A stretch of 51,326 bases of DNA, counting the filler, from Trypethelium eluteriae (lineage: Eukaryota), in the NCBI GenBank assembly GCA_051942245.1. It is 2 parts of 2 records of this genome, joined end to end, with 100 filler letters (N's around TTAATTAATTAA, not from the genome) between each part and the next. Parts side by side here need not be neighbours in the genome. Positions count along the whole stretch, not along the records: positions 25,718 to 51,326 come from JAVECL010000367.1; 1 more part is not named here. One strand, 5' to 3'. Positions 36,260 through 48,120 of this stretch are shown piece by piece (within the stretch, counting starts at the first letter, position 1; each line of letters opens with the position of its first letter). The position numbers and the translations under genes are program-made. The notes under the pieces were generated by a model that saw nothing but the letters and a program-made list of their open reading frames with translations, was not told where the DNA came from and searched no databases.

Positions 36260-36646
36260 TTTCATATTTGATATCCTGTTTGGCTGACGACTGTTACGCA
36301 AACTCTAGAGGACTCGGGGGCTACAACCATGCCATTTGAGCGATCTTCGCCTAACCTGGTGCATGTCCGCCATCCAATGCGGAACAGGGCGCCAAGGAGC
36401 GAGAGGAATCAGCCTGAGAGGACTTCTGGACAGAGTACGATAAGTGCATTGCAAGATAATACGCTACTAAAGATATCCTGTTTCATCTTATCTGATCGCA
36501 ATTATTATGCTTATATCAATTTTCGTCCTAACAAACATGCTTTCATTCCTTTTATACAATGCATACAAACCTCCGTCCAGTGTCTTCCCATATCTCTTCT
36601 CTTTTCTCATTTCGCCTCTCTCTTACTAATCTTATCATGACAATCA

Positions 36647-37315
36647 GAATCACCACGAATACTCACCGAACAAGGTACCAATCTCACCTCGGGATTCCAC
36701 GCTTCCACTTCCAGCCCCGGAGAAATCGCTGAGACACAGGAGGCCAGCTTCGACCGCAACTCCCAGCCCCGTCCCGGAACCCTTGAGCAGCGGCTCGAAC
36801 GCTACGTTCGATCGCTATCTGTCGATTACAGTGGCCCAGAGGAAGAGGCGTCCAAAGTGAAGGCGGAATCGAGCTCTCCTGGTGCGACCCCAGTTGCTTC
36901 GACTCCGGTTGCTACAACCTTTTTTGCTCCGACCCCGGGTGCTACGACTCCAGTTGCTACAACCCCAGTTGCTATGCCCTTCGTTCCTAAACCTCCAGGC
37001 CCTGAAACTCCAGTTGCCACAACTCCAACTCCTATACCCTCCGTTGTTACGACTCCAGGTGCTACGACTCCGGCTGCTGCGAGTCCTGGTGCTACGACTC
37101 CAGGTGCTACGACCCCAGATACTACGACGCTAGTTGCTACGACTCCAGTTGCTACGGTTCCAGGTACTATGACTCCAGGTGCTACGGCTCCAGGTGCTAC
37201 GGCTCCATTTGCTGCCTCCGATAATCCGGATGAGTCGACCACCGCGCCGGCCCCAGTGCCGCCGAGAAGTCCGATTCAGCAGAGGCTCCGACCACGTCGA
37301 GGACGTGGGTCATAA
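36647..37315 (+). CDS. Hypothetical protein with Thr-Pro pentapeptide repeats; first exon unresolved
   Basis: The frame is open from a branch/acceptor (CTAAT..CAG at 36646) to TAA at 37315. It contains many ATTPG/ATTPV units. Confidence 0.5.
   Translation, partial: ESPRILTEQGTNLTSGFHASTSSPGEIAETQEASFDRNSQPRPGTLEQRLERYVRSLSVDYSGPEEEASKVKAESSSPGATPVASTPVATTFFAPTPGATTPVATTPVAMPFVPKPPGPETPVATTPTPIPSVVTTPGATTPAAASPGATTPGATTPDTTTLVATTPVATVPGTMTPGATAPGATAPFAASDNPDESTTAPAPVPPRSPIQQRLRPRRGRGS
36881..37207 (+). repeat. 15-bp coding minisatellite (G[G/T]TGCTACGACTCCA)
   Basis: GCTACGACTCCAG and variants recur at 15-nt period and encode (G/V)ATTP. Confidence 0.9.
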
Positions 37316-37959
37316 AGGGAATTGAAGGGAATAGTGTTCGACGAGCACTGGGAGAGCTGTTATTCTTAGCGTAGAGCGAGCATGCCGAAATTATATCCAT
37401 GGAGTTTGCGGGGAAGAGAGAACGGTCATGGGTTCTGGATTCTGATGGCTGAGTGATGTTAATAGCATGCCGTGATGCTGCTTCTCTGCAGCTTTCTTTC
37501 TCTTTTTGCTCATTGCTAATTGACGCATGAGGCCTAGTCAGAGCTTCTCAGTCTAATACTTGACTACAAATCATTGTACGACTTGATTACTTCTGCGTGC
37601 TTGGTATGGATGGGTAACGAACAAGCTGCCAGGGTGGAAGCAATCTGCAAAGGCAGGGCTAATGAAAAATCCATGTGAATGGGACGATCGTTAAGAATCG
37701 TACAAGGACGTAAGATCCTACACCTACACTACAGAAGAAAGGCGCCATACTACTCCGGGGCAGACCTCACCTCATGATCCTAACACCATCCCCACCACAA
37801 CTGGCCATAAAGGAACGCCACCTTCATCATCATGCCCTTAGCGATAGGAACTCCCCAGTAAACCGATGCATAAGTCATTACCATCTTCGTAACCTCATTG
37901 CAATACTTTCCCCATTCTATGCTCTAAACACCACATTTACCCGACACATCATCGTTTAA

Positions 37960-39680
37960 TCACTTCTCTGCCTTAGCAAGCAATGCATCAATCTCCCTCT
38001 GAAAATCTTCCATGCTCTTCATGACATCCTCTGCCGGAGGAGATATCCCAGCGGAGGTAGTAGGCTGCTCTATGCTCCTCCGCGGCGCCTCAGTCAGACT
38101 GGCCAAGGACGGTCTTCGACCTTCCTGTGTCGCCCGGCTCGTGGCCTTCCGGGGTGGTGGAGGGGGCGGAGCTACACCTGACGTCGACGATGCGTTGGAA
38201 GCGCGATGTGGTCGTTGTGCGGAGCTACTAGATCCACTTCGAGACGGCCGTGGGGAAGGAGAGGGCTCTGCAGAGAAGCCTACGGGCGAAGGAGAAGGTT
38301 TGGAGGCTCCGGCGCGACGGGCTGGTGGTGGGGGTGGTGCTTTGGATGATGAGAGAGGAGCTGAAGCGGGCGGTAGAGTGGATTTATCATCATCTTCGGT
38401 CTCTTCTGGCTGAGAGGGCAAAGTAAGAGACGAATTGCTGCGTGATCGATTTTGAGCATTCGAACGCAGTTGGCTGTGTCGGCGTGCGAGAGGAACGGGA
38501 GGAGCTTTTTTTTTCTGTGAGGATGATATAGACGGATCTACGCTTTGTCGAGGCGATGAGACAGATTCTGTACTAGGTGATTGGGGTGCCTCGCGGGGCA
38601 CTTCTGGCCATGGCACGGATGGTTTTTGCTCCGGACTCGTGGAGTAAGGAGGTGGTGGAGGTAACGGCTTATTCAGATCTGAATTAACTCGAGGAGTACT
38701 GGGTTGTGAAGGACTTTGAGAGGAATTAGGTGATGATATCGAGGGAGCGAAGTCTGAAAAAGAGACTGTCTGAGGTTCTCTTCGACTGACGAGTTTGCCA
38801 TGTTTGGGCTTCGGAGGCGGCGGCTTCACTTTTTGAGTTCCCATTAAACTTGATTTCTCATTGGGCTCATCACCCTCGGAGTCAGACCGCTCGTACGAAG
38901 TCCGCGGAGATTCTTGATGGATATCATGGGTGGAATCGAAGATAGAATGCCTAGATATTGAGGAAGTATCCGTACTGCTGCTACTACTGTCCACAATTGC
39001 AGACCCTAGACCCAATTTAGTGTTTGGCGGCGTTGCGGAAGGTGGAGAGGTTCGTGGTCCAGCCTTTCCAGTGAGCAATAGTCTCTTGAACGAATCAACG
39101 TCCATGTTCCCTTTGCCGCTGGAAGTAATAGACTTTTCGGAGATATCTCCGCTACCCCTCGTTGAGCCCTGCTGTGCTACGGAGGGCTCGATAGATGCAA
39201 GTGTCCGTTGAAACGGGTTCTGTGGCATTACTTGAGGGTTCATTGATGCCATTTTGCTCGAGTTATGCCATGCACCTGGTGGAGACGCGCCGTCTTTGGC
39301 ACTATCATCTGTATCATCCAGCCGCTTCACAAAGGGGTCGTCCGTTGGAGTATCGGAATCAGATGAACCATCGATAGCTGGGGGAGGTGACCCAGAATGT
39401 CGCGGGGGAGTGACTCTTTGTGCTAACGAGCCGCCTCCTGGTGGATTCGGAGAGGGAGGGGACTGCGGAGGAGAGGTGATGCGGACGGTTTTCTTTGTCT
39501 TTCGCGGCTGCGAATCGAATTCTGCTATAAGGGCGATCAGCTGTTGGACAAACATTCAATGCGAAGAGACCTACCATCCTGGATGTCAGGGAACTTCTCC
39601 GTAGCTTCAGAGAGGTCGGCATCAAGAGCGCTCGCAGAGGTATTCACATGGATAGAGCGCCGGAACGGATTGCCAGACAT
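37960..39680 (-). CDS. Hypothetical Pro/Ser-rich protein with NPF and polyproline motifs
   Basis: Exon 1 MSGNPFRRS..DIQD, intron at about 39574-39525 (GTAGGT..CTGAT..TAG). Blocks KKTVRI, QNPFQRTL, MDVDSFKRLLLTG, KPPPPKPKHGK and C-terminal helix MEDFQREIDALLAK. Confidence 0.8.
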
Positions 39681-40566
39681 TGTCGGCGTTCAAGAGAAAG
39701 CAAGTGTCATTGCTCATCTAGGTACAAGGATATAGGTAAACAGGAAGCCGCCCAATGACTGGAGCGCATGGAATATAGGGTACATTTTGAGGTGATGGCA
39801 ACGCCATGTCAGCTGTTGGATTGTCTGGAACCCTCTCTTCCACTATTAGGGTGAATAGGATGACACCGGAGACAACGCGCCTTATCGATAGCAACATAAT
39901 GCCCAGCACATCAGTGCATAACTCGAGCACGACATAACTATGTGGATAAGCTGTCTGCGCGCCACCTGCACCACTCCATACATATAACAGCAAACAGCCA
40001 TTGTCGTTGTCTCGGCGTGGATAATCGGCGCCATGAAAGACCGGTGAGCTCCGTGAGTCGCTCCAGAGATTACATCAGTTCAATTCAGGATTTCTGATGC
40101 ATCTAGATCAACAGCGATATGCGCACCAGTTGCACCGTGCCGATCTCTTCCCGCGCCGTGCGTGAGACTCCTGCCTGCGACTAACAATTAGCCTCATCGG
40201 ATGGTAGGACTTTTAGTCAGTACGGAGTACATATATCACCAATTTGACTTAAGAAATGGATTCGAGAGGTCTAAATCTCTCGCCAAAGAGCTGCAGCATA
40301 TCTGAACAGCTCTGGCTTCACGTTCTGAACAAACGCTATCAGTGCAATCCAACTCTTAACGTTCCAGTACTCCATACAGACATGAAGAACCCTACCCCTG
40401 TCTTGATCATCAGAACTTTGTCACCTGGTCTGGTCCGTGCTGATTAAGGTAGCATGCTCTAAGATTACGCTGGTTTGTAAGATTTCCTGAAGATTATGGC
40501 TCTCATGAGACCAGATCCGTGTTGCCTACAGCTCTTGGTTAGAGAAGAACTTTTCGGGCTTGCGAG

Positions 40567-41787
40567 ATGGTCGGAGATCTATGGGAGATCAAAGAACACA
40601 TCATATCCGCTTCATATCGTCGGGCACTTCCTCGAGGCGTGAAAGACGAGTCGGCCAGACTTCGACTACACGTCAAGCAGTGGATCCCCAAAGCTAACAG
40701 CTCTCCACAAAGCGGAGATGCAACAATCATATTTGCTCATGGGGTTGGTTCTAGCAAGGAATCTTATGAAGTATTTTTCCACCACCTGATCCGATATCAC
40801 CCCCGAATTCGTAGCATATTCGCTATGGACGCCGCTAATCACGGCCAGTCCTATATGCTAAATAAGGAGGTCCTAGGGGACGAACCAGGCTGGCATGACA
40901 CGGCGCGTGATATCCTTCAGATGGTAAACAGCTTCCAAGATGAAATGCGTTCACCAATTCTCGGAGTTGCTCAGTCTTGGGGCGGACAGTGCTTGTTAAT
41001 GGCGTCGGAGATGCATCCACGGTTGTTCGATGGGCTTGTCCTCATCGAACCCCCGGTTGGCATGGATTTCAAGTCCGGCTTGGCCATCAAAGCATCATGG
41101 ATGATGCATCGCGCAGATTGGTGGCCTACGCGCGAGACTGCAAGAGAGAATTTGCTCAAGCTAAAATACTATCGACGATTCGATCCGCAAGTCTTCGATA
41201 GGGTGATGCAGTATGACTTGAGAGATGTCACCATTGACAATCCACCTCCAAGTGAACTCGGAGTTGATCCCACATCGTCCACTGGCGTGACCCTAACGAC
41301 ACCGAAAGCACAGGAGGCGTACACGGTGGTGATGGACCACTTGGATCTACCAGGACATGTCTCGGTACCACCAGCTAAGGCCAACAGCGTGGTCAAAGTC
41401 ATCCCAGGCTTCTATAGACCAGAGTTTCTCTCTGTGCAACGGCTCCTACCTACAGTCTTCCCACCCGTGCTCTATATATGGGGTGAGTTATCCGACCTGT
41501 TAAGGCCACCTGGCGGAGCGGCCTATCGAGATTATCTGCTGCAGACGACTGGTGCCTCAGATGCCGGCAGTGGTGGAATCGCGAGGGGAAAGGTCGCGGA
41601 AGCCTGGGTAAAGGGAAGTACACATACCATCCCTTTCGAAAAACCAGAAGGTCTCGCCAAGGCCCTGATACCATGGCTAGAGCAGCGTCATAACGCATGG
41701 CTTGAGGAACAAGTTCGGAATGAGAAGCAAGTGTTTTATACCGCGAAAATTAAGCCGAACTGGCTTTCCAAAGTAAATAAACTTTGA
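40567..41787 (+). CDS. Alpha/beta-hydrolase (Lpx1/Akt2-like), probably peroxisomal
   Basis: Motifs IIFAHGVG..KESYE, MDAANHGQS, nucleophile elbow AQSWGG, LVLIEP, TLTTPKAQE and THTIPFEKP. The C-terminus -NKL is a PTS1 variant. Confidence 0.88.
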   Translation: MVGDLWEIKEHIISASYRRALPRGVKDESARLRLHVKQWIPKANSSPQSGDATIIFAHGVGSSKESYEVFFHHLIRYHPRIRSIFAMDAANHGQSYMLNKEVLGDEPGWHDTARDILQMVNSFQDEMRSPILGVAQSWGGQCLLMASEMHPRLFDGLVLIEPPVGMDFKSGLAIKASWMMHRADWWPTRETARENLLKLKYYRRFDPQVFDRVMQYDLRDVTIDNPPPSELGVDPTSSTGVTLTTPKAQEAYTVVMDHLDLPGHVSVPPAKANSVVKVIPGFYRPEFLSVQRLLPTVFPPVLYIWGELSDLLRPPGGAAYRDYLLQTTGASDAGSGGIARGKVAEAWVKGSTHTIPFEKPEGLAKALIPWLEQRHNAWLEEQVRNEKQVFYTAKIKPNWLSKVNKL

Positions 41788-41799
41788 CGAGTCCACAAA

Positions 41800-43371
41800 T
41801 CAGGTGGCGTATCTGAAATATGGGCTATTGTCTCCTTTCTCAACGACTTGCTCTTCCGTCAGGCCGTCCTCATGTTCTGCATGTGCGACAAATTTGTCGC
41901 GTCGGGCATTTTCATATTTGTAATACGCCCACAAAGTGAAATCCAGAAGACAGGACATTGCTACCATCGCCAAAGTTACAGCATGGCCTTTCACATACCG
42001 GGGACCTTCCTTTGTTGGGTACAGCTAAAGATGTCAGCCTTGATCAGCGTCGCATAATTAAATAACTCACGAATGGTGCCATGATGCCGCTGCAGTTACC
42101 GATTGTCAGCTGCATTCCTGTTGCAGTAGTCCTTTTGCCATACCGTGGTAAGTTGGCCGGATTCCACGCGAGGGGAATACCAACACAGACGTAGAGACCG
42201 AGGGCAACAAGGAAACATCCCGCATAGTGGGCTCCACTACTTACGTCGGACATTAGGACGGCATAGCCGATGATGGAGATAATACCGAAAGTGATTGGAA
42301 AAATAGCTCGCTGTTGACTCCAATCCGATGCTCTTGCTGCCAACACATATGTTATTGCTCCGAGGGCATACACGGGAATAGTCAAAACTTGGATGGTCGC
42401 TGTGGAATATGTGCGATTAAGTCCCTCGATAATAGTCGGTAAAAAGGTGCTGTAGCCATACAACATAGTATCAGACCCAAATTGCATGATGGCAAATGCC
42501 CATAATTTCCAATCCAAAAGCCCTTCGCGAACGTCTTTCCAATGGAACTCAGCGGCCGACCTAGTATATCCTGTTTGGGATGAGAGCCGCAAGTGCGATA
42601 GTTCCTTTTCCTCGGCATTCAAATAGTACGCTGTCTCTGGGTTATCGGCCAGAAGCCACCAGCTTGCGATTCCAACGACGAAGCTTGGCAGCCCCTCGAT
42701 GATGAAGATCCATCGCCATCCTCTCTCGCCAGCAACGCCGTCCATGAAGCCGATTCCGTACGCTAGCAGACCTCCGAAAGCTCCTGCGAGCGCGGAGCTC
42801 ACAAAAAGATAACCTACGCGCAACGCAATCTCGCGCTTCGTATAGAAGAAAGTTAAATAGATTGCCAGGCCTGGGAATAGACCACCTTCGAAGATGCCGA
42901 GCAATAGTCGACATGCGATGAGACCTCCGTAATTTTGGCAGATGCCCGTCAGTGTTGCAATGATGCCCCATACCGTCGCGATAAAAGATAGCCAGCGTGA
43001 GGGCCGCAGCTTTTTGAGAACGAGATTCGACGGTAGTTCAGAGAGAATGTATGTGACGAAGACCAGGGAGACAGCGGTCTGGTAGCGGTTCCCGTAGAGA
43101 TTTAGATCATCTTCCATGCCGTAAAGGCGAGCATTGCCAATATTGACTCTGGAGCTAGATTAGCATGGCATAGATTCAGACATCTTCTCAGGCCAGCATA
43201 CCGATCGAGAAAGCTGAAGAGATATAACAGCATGACCATTGGTACGATGTGCAGATCTAGTTTCCAGACCAGTCTTCTTTCTGCATGAGGGTCAACCTCG
43301 AGATACTCTCCTGGCCCTTCTCCTGCCGGATATCCAGCTTCTGCAGTCTTAGCAATATCGTGCTCGTCCAT
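41800..43371 (-). CDS. MFS transporter, anion:cation symporter (Tna1/Dal5) family
   Basis: Motifs ERRLVWKLDLHIVP, LDR|VNIGNA, ELPSNL, RLLLGIFEGGLFPG, GWRWIFIIEG and KRTTATGMQ. Two introns. Confidence 0.93.
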
Positions 43372-44299
43372 GTTAGCTGCGTAATGAAGAAAAGGCTTGC
43401 CAAAACGAAAGAAAACAAAATGTCACCCAAATATGGCAGGGCAGTACGACATTACTTTAAAAATCCCATGACAGTATTCGGTAAGAACTCATCAGACGCC
43501 GGGACTTTTATAGAATTACCGATTTAGATAAGAAGCATGACGTAATTATTCTGTGAGATTGAACTGGGCCACCGGGCTGTTTATGCGGGGAACGAGACGG
43601 CACAGTTTTGAAGGAGATGACTTATAGAACTCTAGGCTTATCCGGGCAGTCTATGCCTAGGCTTGGTTTGCTAGTGTAAGGCAGATTGGTGAGAATGGTT
43701 TTCTAGACAAGGCTTTGGTCGGTGATGAGGATTTGCAGAATAGTAACGGTATTTAGGTTCGGAGATGACGCTGGCTGCCTTTAGCTAGGTTATCTACTAA
43801 GGTATCCACCAGTTTATGCAGGTCGGCCATGTAAGGTGCTTTGGCGAGTCATCCTGTCTATCAAAATTAGGACTACAGCTATGATGAAGATCTTAACGTG
43901 TTTCGTAGACTTTGCAAGCACCCCTTCGAAGGTGTTTCCCTAGAAGTCCAGGCTCATGCATCAATCAAGGCATCTCGAGGGTATTTGCAATAGCCAAAGT
44001 AGCCACACGCATCTGCAGAAGAAGTTGGGATAGACCTTTCCTTTATTAATTCTTTCTAGCATACAGGCCGACTCGAGCGACAAGTAGAAAAATCTAAACA
44101 TTGGGCCGCTGGACTCCAGTACCTCGCGTCGCATTTGCGACAATCCATACAACGCGAGCGTAGTCCATGAGCGTACACATCCATCCCAGTCTAAGTGAAC
44201 AATTCCTCTTCACCAACAAGCCATTAACCACCCAGTGGTATGACAGACAAGAAACGAAAGACGCACAAGGCTTTTTCCCAACCCAACTAAATCGTACAT

Positions 44300-46130
44300 T
44301 TAGAAGTTCTCCTTACCCCACACGAAGCTGAAGTTCGGGTCTGAGTACATGTTGCACTTGATGTGCAGCGTGCTTCCGAGGACCTTGGGCCCGCAGAAGA
44401 AGACACCGGCTTCGGCGGGGGAATGGATCTTGCGGATGGACTTGAAGATCATGTCCCAGTTCGGACGGCCGAAGTTGGTTGGTGCCCGGAGACCCGTAAT
44501 GGCGTCCTGCTCGGCGTTTGCGTCGTTGATCATGATGTTGGTTGCGTCGTCATTCTTGATCTTGGCAGTAAGGTACTGTGATTGTTCGTGTCAGCTTGAT
44601 ATTTGGGCTTGAGAATGAGAGGAGATGTGAAACTCACGGTGTGGATTTCAATTTGGTCTTGCAGATCCTGCGCCTCAATGGCGAGGAGAAGAGATCGGAA
44701 CCATTCGAAGGAGCCAAAATCACGGCAGATCCAGAAGAAGTAGACCTTTCGGAGGCGGGTCTTGCCTTGTGGGTAGTTCATTCGGTACCAGATACTCTTG
44801 AGGATGGAGGCAAAAGGTGTGACACCAATACCAGCACCGCAGAGAATAGCAACCTCAAACTTGAAGACGTCTTCAGATGCACTGCCGAATGGCCCGTCGA
44901 TGTAGACACGAGGTAGGATTCTCTGCAAAGCTGGATCCGCATCTGGGTCTGCTGCTTGCTTGACAACAGACTTGTCTGCCTTATCTCCCTTCCTGTCGAG
45001 GTCAGCCCCGAGAGCCTTAGCAAGTGCTCTAGTGAAGTTGCCGACGCAACGAACGTGAACGGAAATGTAGTCTTCTTCAGGTGCACTAGTAAGGGTGAAG
45101 GGATGATACTGCCAAACAGAGACTTCAGGGCAGCAGAGGAAGATATATTGTCCAGCCTTGGTCTTGCAGTGCTGCTTCTTGATTTGGATCTCCACCACAT
45201 TGCTGGGGTGCTGGATGACCTTGGAAACATAGGTCTTGTGCCTGCCGCGAATCTCACGGGCGATGCGCTCGGCTAGGTAGAGGAAGCCACCCCAGGACCA
45301 ATACTGGTAGAAGACACCGATGTTGGCGCAGAATGGTGCATTGTCTGGCGTGATCATGCAGAAGGCTCCGTGGATAGACCAGAAGACGAAGAAAATGATG
45401 AACAAGTGGTGGAGGTACCAGAAACGTTCAAAGTTAGCTCGTCGGGGCTTCTCCATCGAGGTCATGACCATGATAGTCAACACAATGAGCATCACCCAGC
45501 CAGACCATCCTGGCCCAGTGATGAAGTTTGCCTCAAGAAAGCCTAGGAAGCCAAGGTTGTTTTTGGCTGATAGCTGAGCGAAGTTGTTGAAGTGAGCGAG
45601 CGTGTGGAGCCAGCTGAAGAAGAAGATGGACCAGGCGACGAGCTTATGGAAAGTAATGTTCTTGTCGAACTGGATGACACCGTTAAGTGGTGTCTGACGA
45701 GCGATAGAGATGAGCGTTCGGCACACAGGGAGAAGGATGAGCGCAATGTCGAAATGCAAAACAAAAGCTGCGGCACGAGCAATGGGATACGTGATGCCGA
45801 ATGTAGCGCGGGCATTCGTCAAATTGTCCTTGATATCGTAGTTCATGAACCCAAAAGCGAACACCATCGCGTGAACAAGCATGAAGACGAAGACAAATAC
45901 TCTTCGATAACCTTCGTTAACGAGCCTACATGACTGTCAGCCCTGTGTACCTGTTCGGCTCGCGGCTTTACTTACCAGACGCCAACCTTTTCCCCAAAGG
46001 TCATCTCTCGTGGCGGCTCGGAGCTCATCTCGCCTGACATCAGCATCCTCGTGAGAGGTGGCCACCGAGATCTCTCCTTCCCCGACAACATGCTCGATCC
46101 CGTAGAGGATCGGTAGCTTTGTTTCTCCAT
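44300..46130 (-). CDS. noxB: NADPH oxidase catalytic subunit, NoxB/Nox2 type
   Basis: NoxB-type N-extension RSRWPPLTRMLMSGEM, heme His motifs (FHKL..HTLAH, HHLF..IHG), FAD motif HPFTLTSAP, DGPFGSASED, GAGIGVTPFAS and C-terminus WGKENF. Two introns. Confidence 0.94.
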
Positions 46131-47274
46131 TGTGCCTGCACGGTCCTTTGGTATGCGTATGAAAAGTCGAGTTTATTGCATGCAGAAAGGTCTTCCCAAA
46201 AAGTTCAGAGCCTGCTGAATCGAAATGAACTGTGAAAACGAGAGTCTACGACCCTTATTAGTCTGTTATCTTGGTCTGTGAGTTTTGACTGGACTTACAG
46301 GATATCTATTAGCAAACGAAGACAGGTAAGAAACAAATGTATCTCTCGCCTGCGAGGACGAAAGAAAAGTGAAAGGCTGGGAGAACTTTGAAAGAGGATT
46401 CAAAGATTCTTGGCACACCAAATCATTCTGGGGGTGGCCTGCATGATATTCAGTTCATAGGGGCCTACCTCAGCTTGTTACAGAAGATCTCATCTTGTCT
46501 CGCTTCGCCTTTACAAAAGTGGACCGACAAACGCCGAAGTCCTCAGCAATGATTGACGGAATCCGCCAAGGGTTGCTTCTTTTGAGCTCGACGGCTATTT
46601 TCAGCGTTCTTTACTGGCGGATGCAGGGGATTTCCGGGGGCATCGGAGCTTTCACAGCAGCTGGTCGCAAAGCCATGAGACTTGTCCGGCTTCAAGTGCT
46701 TTCGCACCATGGACGTCAAAACACCAGCTGCTGCGAACTGTTCTAGCAGTACGCCACCGGCTCCTGCCGAGCCAGAGGGTGTAAGGGAAAGGAGGCGATT
46801 CGGGTTTGATCCAGCCTCTCTAGGCGTATCAGAGCAGTTTCACATTGTCAGGCTACTGGACCGATCGCTCGCTTGCGGAGATCAAGGATCAAAGAAGACG
46901 ACGAGGCTATCTAGCATTCAAAGCCCCCGTGCAGTGGTACAATCGCTCAGGAAAGCATTCATATATCGACGCCATGGACAATCAAGTTTCAATGGAGATG
47001 GACCTTCTTCTGAAGAGACTGTTGGCCAATGCGGCGAGTGTGATGACGAGCTGGAGCCGTTCCAGCCACACCAGCTAACGTTAACTATCGGTCAGGCCGT
47101 AACCGGAACCAACTCAACAACAGGACACGACGCTGGGGCTGGACATTAGCTACCCAGACAAATGTCATCGGCATTGTACTTTCTTTTCCATCCAGATTCT
47201 CCAGTGTTTTGAAACTCAATCCACATGTTTCTTCTTCCGCCCTTTGTGTAATTATAGCAATTCAATGAACCACG

Positions 47275-48006
47275 ATGCCTTCACCAATAGTTAATGCGAC
47301 GTTCCAAGCGACGATCTTGTCGTCCATCTCCAACATCCTCGCTCAATTTGTCGAGGCCCATCAGCAGAGGGTACTGCGTCCAGCATTGCTTTTGCAGCCA
47401 TCATAGTTTCGGAACTCATTTGCTAACGAAGATCATTACAGAGGCCGTTCGCCTTCGACCTCTTTGCATTCATCCGTTTCGTGATCATTACCATCATTAC
47501 GTGTCCACCCAACTTCTTGTGGCAGCAATGGCTCGAGCGGACCTTTCCTGGTCGCAAAGATGTAGATATGCCTGAGGACGAGAAGGATGAAGATGGCATT
47601 GACATGGCTGAACGAGGAAAAGAGAAGGTCGACGCCTCGAGACCTCAGGGAAAGAGCAATCTTAATATCAGGAACACACTTACCAAGTGGTTTATAGATT
47701 GCATTACCATGGGTGCCATATTCAACACAGTTGCGTTTTTGCTACTCATAAACCTTTTGAAAGGGAATGGTCCGGACATAACGATGAGAGCCGTCAGATA
47801 TGTACATTTTCCGCATCTGGTCCAGTTGTACAAAGCTGATATTTCGAAAGGAGACAATCCCTATCATTGTTGCAGGATACAAGGTCTGGCCTATCGCTTC
47901 CATCATCAATTTCAGTCTTATACCCGTTGAAAAGCGGATCGTCTTCTTGAGTGCCGTGGGCTTATGTTGGGGTATCTACATGAGCTTGGTCGCAGCTCGA
48001 CAGTAA
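47275..48006 (+). CDS. Mpv17/PMP22 family membrane protein
   Basis: MPSPIVNATFQATILSSISNILAQ, PPNFLWQQWLERTFP, TKWFIDC and YKVWPIASIINFSLIPVEKRIVF..WGIYMSL. Two introns. Confidence 0.9.
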
Positions 48007-48120
48007 AGATAGGTGAGGACGTCGAAAGACTAGACGGCAAGGCGTTGATTCAATGGAAACGTCCTGGGGTCTCTGTAAATTTTGATACATATTTCCTAAG
48101 AACATAGACACCAGTACCGG

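Noticed and set aside
46495..47149. ORFs in the noxB-PMP22 divergent region
   Set aside because: Mostly non-ATG starts and no recognisable motifs.
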